From Podarcis filfolensis (taxonomy: Eukaryota): a stretch of DNA of 64,000 bases. Below are positions 43,786 to 64,000 of this stretch, one piece after another. Location of the stretch: assembly GCA_964270895.1 (NCBI GenBank), contig OZ185435.1; one strand, 5' to 3'. Within the stretch, counting starts at the first letter, position 1; each line of letters opens with the position of its first letter. Position numbers and translations under genes: made by a program. The notes under the pieces are model-generated. The model had not been told where the DNA came from. It was given only the letters and a program-made list of their open reading frames with translations, and did not search any database.

Positions 43786-43969
43786 CAGGCATGTCCAAAG
43801 CCCATTTTGGGGGCCTAATCCAGCCTGCTGGTCGATTTAATCCGGCCCCCCGGTAGTATATGCCATGGGGTAAAATTGTAAAAAAAAAAGCTTAACAACT
43901 TTGGTCGGCTCTCACACATGTTCACTTCATCAAATCTGGCTCTCTTTGAAAAAAGTTTGGGCACCCCTG
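43786..43969. mobile_element. hAT-family MITE
   Basis: TIR caggcatgtccaaa / tttgggcacccctg; exact 8-bp TSD cactaagg (43778..43785, 43970..43977). Confidence 0.85.
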
Positions 43970-45416
43970 CACTAAGGAGAATAGAAGCATTGCTACCCCA
44001 CCCCCACTTACCATTCCCCCCCCACCTCTTTCCCCCTTTTCTTCCTAATGTAACGCTAATGTCTCACAACAAATGAAACTGATCTGCAGAAAACGTAACT
44101 TGAAAAAGAGACATTGCACATACTTTTGTAAACCAAGAAATCTTTAATAAATATATATTTAAAAAATAAAAAATAAAACAAAAGGGGCAACCAGCATTGA
44201 GCATACCTAAAAAAAGATGTCCTTTGACCCCAAGTTACCATCCTGTAGACAAGATACTTATTGGCAAGTAATCCCCACTGAACAAATTTACTTTCAAGTA
44301 AGCATGCACCGGATTGGGCTGTCAAGTTAACATAAATGCATGCAGCTGGATCCTAAGAATATGTTTATTTCGAGGGACATTCCGCTGAGTTGGATGGTTG
44401 GCACTAACTCCTCAATCCGTGTGCTTAAGGATATCACAAACAGAACATCCCTTCAACTTGCAGACATGGAGAACAAAATGTAAACAATGGGAAAAAGAAC
44501 CCTATAATGTAACATCTGATCACTTATCGTATGGGATGAATATCATCAGCAGGTTGATGCATCAATTGCTGTAGTGATTTACGGTCTAGACTCCACTCCC
44601 AAAATATACTTTGAATGATATAAAATATAATTCCTACACATGCATGACTAGTATACAACATGAAGTGAAATCCATAGGAGGAAGTTATAAAGTTTATTAA
44701 TGGTTAAATATCACTTCAGTTTGAATATTTACAGACAGTAGACTAGGCTATTGAAGGAAAAAATAGTCACAGTATCTGACAGCATTACTTACTGGAATAA
44801 AAATTACATATTTCCACCTATGTTTAAAAAAACCTACATGAATTTAATGGTGAGCAGGGTGGGTAGATTGAGAACTGCTGGTAGAGCTATAATTAAAAAG
44901 AACCCTTTAAATAATAATTTTAGAAGCACATTATTACACAAGCAGACACTGGTAATGCAGATTTTACATATTTAATATTTTTCATCCTCTGGGGCCAATA
45001 GGTTTATTGAATGTCCCTGTTGAAAACTATCTCATTTGCTGTGCAGTTGGTACTAATTGCAGGCGCAAACGTATGTTAAGTTGTGATCTCAGCGTGATCA
45101 GTGGATGCCCTACACCTGTTGGAATCTACTAGTCTGTGTGCTGATCTGCTGATCTTTATTGCATTTTATTGCACCTACTCCACTGTTTGCACTCCAGATT
45201 AGTTTGTACTATTTCCTGGTATGGATATTTTTAAATGGCAGACTTTTTGCAGAGTGCAGAGGGTGTGGGGAAAGCTTCTACAATCTGATTTTGCTTCAGG
45301 ATGAGATAGGCCTTAACTTTACCACTAGAAGGATGGAACTTATCACAATAACAGGTCTATATTCTCCTTAGCCAGACAGGCTACCCCACCTGAGCCTCAG
45401 CACCATAACACTAGAG

Positions 45417-45554
45417 CAGGCTTCCTCAACCTCGGCCCACCAGATGTTTTTGAGACTACAATTCCCATCATCCCTGACCACTGGTCCTGCTAGCTAGGGT
45501 TCATGGGAGTTGTAGGCCAAACACATATGGAGGGCCAAGTTTGAGGAAGCCTTT
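45417..45554. mobile_element. Palindromic hAT-type MITE (ctacaa(c/t)tcccatcatccct core)
   Basis: Near-complete hairpin; exact 8-bp TSD cactagag (45409..45416, 45555..45562). Confidence 0.85.
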
Positions 45555-46952
45555 CACTAGAGGCTTTGTTCCATTCATACTCAGACAGACTGGCAGTGTG
45601 TGAGAGAGAGGTGGGGCAGGCAACTGCTGCATACCCCTTTTCTGTTTCTTCATATCCTTTCAACCATTTCTCCTACTTTGAAAAATACTTTTCAGCAGCA
45701 TTCTCAGTAAGCTTGCTTGAGGACATTTCCTCTGGCTTGTAACCTCTGTAAGGGATATTGGGCATATATGAGTTTCCTAAAATAGATTTTTGGAAGGTCA
45801 TGTAAGGCTCTTTCTCTGCCCCCAGTATAAAAAGCTCTGGCGTTTTAACTTACATGGAGGGTCTTTTGTGGCTACTTACTCTGCCGGAGCAATAACGTTG
45901 CAGTCCTGTACACATATATTTGAACAATGGGATTTACTTCTGCGTTTCTGAGGGCTTAGCAACAAATGGCACAAAAACATACTTTAAAAAAAAGAGAGAG
46001 AGAAGAGGATGTTTTAATATTTTTGAAACAGCTTTGCGTAATTACCTCCCCCACCCTATCCAGTGAATCTGTCCATCTGCTTTGCTGCTTCTTCAGTGAA
46101 AGAGAGAGAGAATTATATGGTAAGGTTATTAGGGTTGTTGGCTGGATTCTGGCACAGAGCCTTTAATGCTTAGGATGCGTCCAGAATCTCGTTGGAACTG
46201 AAAATCTGCATGCAGGTTATTCAAGGTTGCTGCTAACATCCAAGTCCCTGGGAGCAATCGCATTTCTGTTTGTCATGCTGCCATCTCTGCTTCAGTATTG
46301 ACATGAACTAGATACGAGTTACGATTTGGGACACATCCCTTGTTCAGAGTGAAACAAACAAACAAACAGACACAGACAGACAAGATATATTATGCATTGT
46401 GATAGGAATTTTTAGGTCTTAGCAATAGCATCTAGCCACATACACACAGAGACAGTATACACATAAAATTAACAGTTGTAATGGGCAGGTTTGAAAAAAA
46501 TATTTCAGTCTGCTAAATTTGCTTTTCAGTATTTTCAGGGCAAGGGAGCACTCAGAAAGCTGTCTGTGGACAAACGCCAGCTCCCTTGGCCTGAAACGCA
46601 AGATGAGCACCACACCCCATAGTTGCCTTTGACTGGACTTAACCATCCAGGGGTTCTTTACCTTTACCTTACCCTTTATTCCACTTGGCTAACAATATTA
46701 TGTGTACTCAATTTCACAAAAGGAGCACTATGTTGGCAGAAGCCGGAAAGTTAGGGCAAAATGAAGGGGGAGAAAGTGCTAAATTTGTGTAAAAATAGTG
46801 GTCACTTCCAGACCAAATAATGAAAAGCTTCCTTTTAGAAGCTCCAATAGAAATTTATCATAGTGTGAGGAAGGTGGACAAGAAGTTTTCCTTCCTCTCA
46901 TAATACTAGAATCCCAAGCCATCCATTGATGCTGAATGTTGGAAGATTCAGC

Positions 46953-47088
46953 CAGTGTTTCCCAAACTTGGGTCCCCAGCTGTTTTTGGACTACAACTCC
47001 CATCATCCCTAGCTAGCAGGACCAGTGGTCAGGGATGATGGGAACTGTAGTCCAAAAACAGCTGGGGACCCAAGTTTGGGAAACATTG
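46953..47088. mobile_element. Palindromic hAT-type MITE, same family
   Basis: cagtgtttcccaaacttgggtccccagctgtttttggactaca ... tgtagtccaaaaacagctggggacccaagtttgggaaacattg, almost perfect inverted arms; TSD not evident. Confidence 0.85.
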
Positions 47089-47104
47089 AGATAGACAAAG
47101 GAAA

Positions 47105-47250
47105 GTGATGGCCACCAATCTGGATAGCTTTCCAAGAGGATGAGATAAAATATTGGATGATAGAGCTATCAGTGATTGCTAGCCACAGCGGCTATGTTTT
47201 ATCTCCAGTGTTAGAGGCAGTGTGTCTCTGAAGACTAGGCCCTGGAAATT
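47105..47250 (+). mobile_element. CR1-type 3' fragment
   Basis: gtgatggccaccaatctggatagctttccaagaggatgagataaa...gctatcagtgattgctagcc pattern; limits approximate. Confidence 0.5.
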
Positions 47251-49135
47251 AAGTTTTCTTGTTTTTTAAACACTGCCCCAGAGTTCTGAAGAAATATTTG
47301 CCTGCTGCTTTGGTTGTGGGTCATGCAGTTCAGTTGTGTGTATGTTTACTCAGAAGTAAGACAAGCTGAGTTCAGTGAGATTTACCTCCAAGTAAGCATA
47401 CATGGGACTACACCTGACACAATTGTTGTTTGCTTTTGCCTTGCCTCCAGGTACCTGTACTGGTTCATTCAGAGTTGAGAGCACTTTCTGGCTGTGGCTG
47501 CAGAGCAGAGTGCATGAGCCTGGCTTGTTTTTGTACTGCATGGCAAATATAGTTACATCACTGATGCAGTTGAAACACATGCATTATTTAGAAACTTATT
47601 TTCAGTGTCCTGCCAGCAAAGTGAACCTCTTACAGCCTTGACAGTCAGGCGTTTCATTTTTTTAAATAGATGTTAAAAACCAAATGGTCATAGCAAAAAA
47701 TAGAAATAATGTCTGACTCCTTTATCCCAGAAAAATGTCCAAACCAGAATGAATCTCCCTCCCTCCCTTGATCTCTAGATATACTGCAACAAGATAGATG
47801 GCCTATAAGGCTTCCTCCAGCTCCCTGGTTCTCACAGGAGAAAGGGAAATTTACATGTGCAGATCTAGAAATGGCTAGCTTTGCAACTGTGTGATGTGTA
47901 ACTTTACTAGGAAAGTAAGTAATGTAACAGGTTCCAGCGCCTGCACTTGTTTGATGGCATTTTCATCCAATTATCTACTTAAATTGTTTAGGACTTCTTG
48001 CCAAAGGCCAGCTTGCAAGCTCACAGTGAAATTCTCTCTTTGACGCATAGGTACAAACTTTTCCAACATACCTCTCAGACTGACTTGTGCTAAGTTAAAT
48101 TACGGACCTGTCAGAACAATGCAGGCATTTTAGGATCTGCAAGTGATGGGGTGTGGAAACAAGTTCCCTAACTCATTTATCCTTTGCAATGTTTTCCTCC
48201 CTGTGTACACTGAACACAAAGAGGGAGCAGGAACACTGGCCTTACCCAGAACATCGCCATACCCCCATTGTCAGCAAAATCTTAAAAACCATCTTAAACT
48301 GTTCTGCAGTGTAACTTCTTCAATTAGGGAAATGCTCAGACTGCTTCCTTCCAGGGCTGGCTGCTTATAAACAAAATATTACTTGTTGCTAATGAGCAAT
48401 TTTGGTAGGGCCAGTGACTTTACTAATGGTTCTACGTGTAACAAGCCCACATTTCATCTTTGATTAAAAATAACAAAGACTTGGGGGTGGGGAGAGAGAG
48501 AACTAATTACTATTACAGTCAACGGTCCAAATGGACATCTAGCTGCTGCCAACTTTATTAAATGATGCCAGAGAGAAAGATTCTAGCATAGACTTCAGGA
48601 TGTTATTTCAATTTCTTTTTGCATGGAGGCTCATTCAGTCATGCACAGCCTAGGGAACACAGGATTACCATCTCTATGAGAACTAGGACTCGGACATTGG
48701 CATGGGAACCAGGCAGCCTAGTTTAGGAGAATCTTCCCACTGCCTGTGCTAACTCAGATGAATGTTTAAAGAAGTAATATGTATTTTACATTTATCCAGT
48801 ATAGTCCAGCTAGCAACTTTCAACTTTCCTTTATTGCATTTCATATAGGAATTAAGCAGCACCCATTAACTAAGCATCTAAAGGAGTGAGGGGAGACAGA
48901 AGAGACCAGGATGGTTGCCTTAGATGACAGCCACAGATGGCAAAGAAGACAGTCTGTTTTGCTGGATGTGCCAGATGTGTTCACCCAGGTAGATAACCAG
49001 GATGTTATATCCAGCTTTGGGTAAGGCACAGAGCCCGCTTCATCAGATTTCAGATTAACTAGTCAAACTCTTCAAAGGCAACTCACACTGCTGTTATAAC
49101 TGCTTAATCTGCCACTGCTCTTTTTTATGACAGCT

Positions 49136-49260
49136 GGGATAGCTCGGTTAGTAGAGCATGAGACTCTACTAACCCATGTTGGGAAAATCTTCCTGCAGTG
49201 CAGGGGGTTGGACTAGATAACCCTTCTGGTCCCTTCCAGCTCTACAAATTCTACAATTCT
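49136..49260 (+). mobile_element. tRNA-headed SINE with CR1-type tail (Squam3-like), internally deleted
   Basis: gggatagctcggttagtagagcatgagactct head; gggggttggactagat...ggtcccttccagctctac tail. Confidence 0.65.
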
Positions 49261-49376
49261 CTGTGATGAGGTAGAGAATCTAAAGGTGCTCATTGCTTCA
49301 GCAATCTCATAATGTACTATTTCTGCTACACTGAGCATGATGCTTAAGCCAGAGGCAAACGAAGACTATATTAGGG

Positions 49377-49512
49377 CAGTCATCCCCAAACTCGACCCTC
49401 TAGATGTTTTGGGACTACAACTCCCATCATCCCTAGCTAACAGGACCAGTGGTCAGGGATGATGGGAATTGTAGTCCCAAAACATCTGGAGGGCCGAGCT
49501 TGGGGATGCCTG
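49377..49512. mobile_element. Palindromic hAT-type MITE, same family
   Basis: Same core and inverted arms; TSD not evident. Confidence 0.8.
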
Positions 49513-50479
49513 TACAGTACTGTAGGGAGAGGGGTTGTAGCAGCTCAGTGGCAAAATGTATACTCACTAAGCAGAAGGTTGAAAGGTTGTACAGTTCAGC
49601 TCAGACATACTGTTGCTTTGTTTCAATTGCCTCATTGTATCTGACTCAGAGTAAATGGCTTGTTAACAATGTTTGCTTAAGGTGAAGTGGTCTCTCTGCA
49701 AGAGCGAGGACCTGGTATGACATTAATGGCCAGGAAATCATCAAGGAAGCAAATTGTGCTGCAGAATTACCCAGACTGCTCTGAAAAGAAAAACACCATT
49801 CAGATTCCTGGAGCCACTACAGAAGCAACCTCAGTCCAGAGCGGCTGAGAAAGAAAAGGGAGCAGATCAACAGGCTTACTGAATAGTTTTACATGGAAGT
49901 TTGGGGCTGGGTAGAAGTCAAAAGTAAAATTGTCATCTCTCTTGCATGATTAATTTGGCTTCCTAGCCATAAAAATCCAGTTTGCAAAAGGGTTGTTTTC
50001 TCCTTGGTTTTTGAGGCCAGCTTACCAACCAAGAGCCCAGAAAAACAAAATGCAACAGAGCCCCACTGAGACCAGAATTGGTGTGTGCCAATGCTAGCAA
50101 TGTCACCATCTAATTCCGTTTTTCCACTTTAGTTAAGAATGAAACAGGGAACCAGGATGAACAAAGCCTCAAAAATTCAGGTATTGTTAGGCAATTTAAG
50201 GGGCTGACATTGACAAAAGACCACTAATCTCTCTTAATGGGCCATTTGCCACCTAGGATGGGGTTGGACACAAGTATGTGGCTGATTATGCAGACACAGT
50301 AAGACATTCTCCACCTTTTAAGGCCCACAGCATTTCTCTTATTGCCTAATTAACATCAGTAGGAACAAACTTCCTGCCCCAGAGGATAATCCAGTACATG
50401 TCAAGGCCAGTCCGGTCCTGCATAAAACTAGGCCTTTTCTCATGGAATGTAGATCCCCATTACAGCACCCATTCTAGAG

Positions 50480-50823
50480 GTACGGGTGGCGCTGTGGGTT
50501 AAACCACAGAGCCTAGGACTTGCCGATCAGAAGGTCGGTGGTTCAAATCCCTGCGGTTCGAATCCCCGCGATGGGGTGAGCTCCTGTTGCTCGGTCCCTT
50601 CTCCTGCCAACCTAGCAATTTGAAAGCACGTCAAAGTGCAAGTAGATAAATAGGTACCGCTCTGGTGGGAAGGTAAACGGCATTTCTGTGCGCTGCTCTG
50701 CTTCGCCAGAAGCGGCTTAGTCATGCTGGCCACATGACCCTGGCTCCCTTGGCCAATAAAGCAAGATGAGCGCCGTAACCCCAGAGTCAGTCACAATTGG
50801 ACCAGGGGTCCCTTTACCTTTTA
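50480..50823 (+). mobile_element. Sauria (Squam1-type) SINE, second copy
   Basis: Same body as 42419..42765 in opposite orientation; ctagag flanks both ends; 15-bp duplication of the B-box region and an internal deletion. Confidence 0.9.
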
Positions 50824-51169
50824 CTAGAGATATATACTGAACCACAGGTACTGCTAACATGGAAAGAGGCAATTTCTCTTTGCCACTGATCTCGTTGATT
50901 TGTTTTTGCCAAATAACAAGCATAGGATGTGATGAAGTGGGGCAGTAACTCCTAGCCTAAGCCCTATAGTACAATGGACAACACACAATCAGCTTACAAG
51001 TGGAGGAAGAATTTAACTCCTGAGTTACAAAACTAGAAAATTGGGGCAAGGTTTCATTACATGCAATGCAACTTCCCCTCCCCAAACCTGAGGGTTCCAC
51101 CAACCCTCTGGGGCAGATTGACTACATCCAAGGAGCACAAGGTGGTATAACATGGTTATCTTTCTCCTC

Positions 51170-51320
51170 ACTTAGTCCCCGCAAGCCTGCGAGGTAGGTT
51201 ATGTTGAGAGGCAGTTACCGGCTTGAGGTCATCCACTGAGTTCTATGGCCACATGGGGATTTGAATGCTGGTCTTCCATGTCCTATTCCAGGGCTCTAAC
51301 CACTACCCCACACTCTGGCT
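51170..51320 (-). mobile_element. MIR/core-SINE-like fragment
   Basis: ctgcgaggtaggttatgttgagag...gaggtcatccactgag...ggggatttgaa...ctctaaccactaccccacac pattern. Confidence 0.55.
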
Positions 51321-54300
51321 CTGGATTAGATTAATAAAGCCCAGGAAAAAATACACTTATGGAACTCCTTATATTTAGGAAATACATAATCACCACATTT
51401 TAATGACATTATGAGTTGCATGCACACTTTTGCATTTCTTTTCAAAAATTATTTGATTAAAATGTATGGTATTCTATTTTTTGCAAGTAAAAATGTAAAT
51501 GATTTTTTAAACAAAAGATTTGTTCAATTGTTTCATTATATTCGTAACTGAAAATGTTCTTTGTGTGCCTAACCAGAGCCTCCTGCAGCTGTACACTCTG
51601 CTCTTCTTTGATCTCCTAGACCTCTTGCTGAATGTGCAGACTGTGTGGTTGGGTGAGCATTGATGTGCATGTGTGCCATTACCCAACATGCAATGCCTGA
51701 GCAGCAGTAGCACATACAGCTGAGGCTCCCATTTAAAAGATGGAAAGGATATTTTCCTTTCAACTGAAGGACAGCCGCAGCAGCCTAGAATATTTGCAAA
51801 TAAATGTGGAAATGAATTACAGTTCAGCGTATCAAAAACAAAGGAACCTTCAAAATACTCAGTTACACAAGCATGATTATCAGATTCTCGAGTTGATATT
51901 TCCTCTTGATTTGAGAGAAGTCGCAAGATAGACACCCTAAGGCATAGAAAAACCACTTGACTACAGAATTCAGATTTATTCTACAATTTTGGATCAATGC
52001 CAGTGATACAAGTTGCATGAGTTTCCATTAAATACAAGTTCTATCTTCAGATTCCAATAACTGCATGGTTAGCAAAACATCAATTCACAGTTAATGACAC
52101 TCATCTGTTTTGGACCATGCTTAAGTAGTACTGGAATCAACAAAGGTCAAACAGCAGGAGCACAAAAGAGCTATGTAAGGAGAGTAGGCATGATGTAGGC
52201 ATGATAGTGCTATTGCCATCTTCTGGTAGGAGAGTCTCATGGTACTTCTCAAGTCAAAGAATTGAAAAAACCATTCACGGTGTTTAAATTCTCTATTTGG
52301 GGATATTTCTGCAATTACAGACTTTTTTGTCCCAAAGCCTGACATAACTATGGAAATTTTAAAATTCCAGGAAGAGAGGACAGAAAAAATATTTTGTTAA
52401 ATGACCGTCAATCTGGTTATCTGGCTGAATAAGTTTTGATGAAGCCCACCTTTATGGTCTGTATCAGCTAATTATTGCTCAGAAATATCAGTGCAAATGT
52501 ATACCTTCATGCCTTCACAGCAACAGGATCAAGTAGAATGTGTGCACATGAATCCTGCACTTGAGAGCCTGACCGAAGCATTTCTCAGTGCAAAAAGCTG
52601 TTTCAGCCTGGCACCTGTAGTATGCTCTTTGTTGCACAGATGATACTTGAAGATATGTATGTGTCAGTGGTACACTGCCAACAAGGTCATCAGAATTACA
52701 CTTGCTTGAGGGGCTCACCCAAAAGACACAGTGACGTATTACCAGAGCCATGTTTCAGTAAGTTGACATTACCACAGCAGCAGCAGCTTTTATTATTCAT
52801 GATTAATTCCAGCTTTTCACATTTCGCCGCGTCCGATCAAAGAGAAAGCTCCTTTTCGTTTAGAAGCAGAATCATTTTGCAACACATAACATGCAGCCCC
52901 TCTGAAAAGGCAAGCAGTGGCAAGTTTAAGGATAATGCCTTACATCTACTTCATAGTATTTCAGTATAGATACAGTGGTCTGCTTATCAAGTTTGGGTTG
53001 TTGCAGAATATCAATCAATTCACCGGAGAACACTGTGTGAGCATGTAAAGAAGCACATACTCTTGCATCAGGAGAAATTCTTGTGGCTCTCAAACTGCTA
53101 GTTCATAGACATGGCTCAAGGTGGGAAACGATCCTTCATGCCAATACACTGTAAATCAGTAATACTAATAATTCTTTCTGGGCATGAAGAGTTCTGAAAA
53201 CAGGATAAAGTTTCTAACTTACCAATGAATTCCAACAGTTGCCACTAAAAAATAATGGTTTATGGGGTCATAAACCACTGGTTTCTAAAATATCTCAATA
53301 GATCTCATCACACACATAATCAAAGCCATTTGCTTGGTCCTAGAATAGACTTCTAATGAGGAAGACATTAAGACAACAAAATATAAGGAGTCTGACTCCA
53401 TGGACTATATAAAACAAGTTTACTTTGTTTTTATAAGTCAAGTATTTAATACATGGCAGGTACATCTTAGGTAAGAGTGAAATGCTTCCTGTTTGGACCA
53501 TAACATGGAACAGATTCCACATATAGCTAAAGATATTGTATTTTCACTCTTCAATGATTATCTAGTCGCCAGATACAGCGCTAACAGTCATCAGGAGAGA
53601 ACTGAAAAAAGCACACGTAAGATTGTTTTTTCCCTCAATAGTATAAAAAGTTATTACTTCTGTAAGCTTCTTAAACTCACTTTAAAAATGATTTTGTTTC
53701 ACCTCCAAACAAAAGTCAGACTTTAAAAAACTGCAGCAGCACACTCTAGCAGTAAAAAGAAAACATGTAAACGATGGCTGGTAAAAATCCTGCATAAAAC
53801 TTTGCACTCTTTCTGCCAAAGGTACCTCCTTTAAACACCAAACTTCATAAGTGCATTGGCTGTTGATTTGTAGCTAAACATGGCAAAAAACCCAAAAACT
53901 TTTTTATTTTAGCATCTAAGCTGCTTAGGAATTTGAGGCAAAAAAGTCTCTCAATAATATTTAAAATGTTAAACCTGTTTCTAGAAATACAAACAGAATT
54001 CAATATAATGCCAGGATACAGTGAAGAAATAACTGTTTAGGTTCTACCCTGTACCATACACTTTTAAAAAACTAGACAAACAATCTTGGATTTTATTAAT
54101 ACACCCTTTTTAAAGTTTTTATTTCTGAAAGCAGCTCCTTATGAAAATCAAAAGCAGTTCCTGAGTAACTGCAGTAAACAGTGTCTTTACATTTATAGGT
54201 ATAGATATTTGCCACTTAGCTCTTCTGGTTTGGTTCCTTTTAACTTCCTAGTTTTCAAGTTTGACCTCTTGTTTCTTTCCAGAAAGTGTGCAAGTTCAGT

Positions 54301-54432
54301 TAGCATCGTTTTCAGGAGTCCGTATGATGCTGACTTTCCAGCATTGTCTGTAAGATATACCCCACTGGGTAGCTGCATTCCTACAGCTATTGCAAATGCT
54401 TCCCACTCAAAAAATCTGGCATCACTGGGTCT

Positions 54433-63459
<9,027 letters not shown>

Positions 63460-64000
63460 CTACAAGAAGATAAATACTGACAATAATTTATTTGAACTTT
63501 TGCAAATCATTGTTCAATGGCACCAATGAACTATGTCAATACTATGTGTCAAAATGGCTTGTACACATCCTTATGTCCAATACTTAACCTATACTGAGAA
63601 ACAGCTAGTTAGTACCCTACGTGTGTAAGCCTCAGTCCTGATTACAGATTCGAGCATAATGAGAGAGGGGACATGAGCCCAAGGCTTATTTCTATACTCC
63701 CATGCAGATAACATACACACCTGGACTCAATTGTGGTGTTTAATACTTCCTAGATCAGCATATATGAAAAAAGAGGGCTCAAGGAATGTGAGTGGCTATA
63801 CATCATGGTAGCTTGTTTGGCGGAAACAAACCACAGGCCTGGGTTCAGGCAACATGACAAGTGAGACTCTGGCTTGTTTCATTTGTGGTTCAGCAGGAGT
63901 GCTCTGGAAACTGTTGAGCAGCATGCACTATTGTTTGTTTTAAACTATGGTTTAACATATGTGGACAGGATCATTGAATTGTCAAAAGCCCAAGAGAACA

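Noticed and set aside
42419-50823. Two Sauria SINEs in inverted orientation as a composite element or dsRNA pair
   Set aside because: Each has its own flanking duplication, they are 8 kb apart and intergenic; independent insertions.
51507-54378. ORFs downstream of the GTF2H1 stop (e.g. 51507..51956, 54193..54378)
   Set aside because: No homology, no consistent splice structure; 3' UTR or intergenic background.

Overview
Eukaryotic genomic DNA from a squamate reptile, probably a lacertid lizard (inferred from Sauria/Squam-type SINEs and a sauropsid-type LDHA N-terminus). It shows the conserved vertebrate block TSG101 (+, complete, 10 coding exons, 134..23922, 393 aa), LDHA (-, complete, 7 coding exons 36393..25392, 332 aa, with a non-coding exon 1 and hypoxia-type promoter near 41.6-41.9 kb) and GTF2H1 (-, 3' part only, last 11 coding exons 63459..54433). 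All exon borders were read by hand: every intron is GT..AG and the phases join into open frames. Introns and the LDHA-GTF2H1 spacer hold SINEs, LINE fragments, hAT and Tc1/mariner MITEs, microsatellites and a 2.1-kb non-autonomous L1-type element with an 18-bp TSD. The most unusual observation is an intact 192-codon transposon-type SGNH/GDSL-esterase frame in TSG101 intron 7 (13238..13815). It opens at a good splice acceptor in phase with TSG101 exon 7, predicting a chimeric UEV-proline-rich-SGNH isoform (408 aa) that lacks the ESCRT-I core, with the catalytic Asp and His substituted. This isoform is a sequence-based prediction; no expression or database evidence was available, and family assignments and mammalian comparisons rest on recalled knowledge. 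No prokaryotic features (CRISPR, operons, rRNA) are present.
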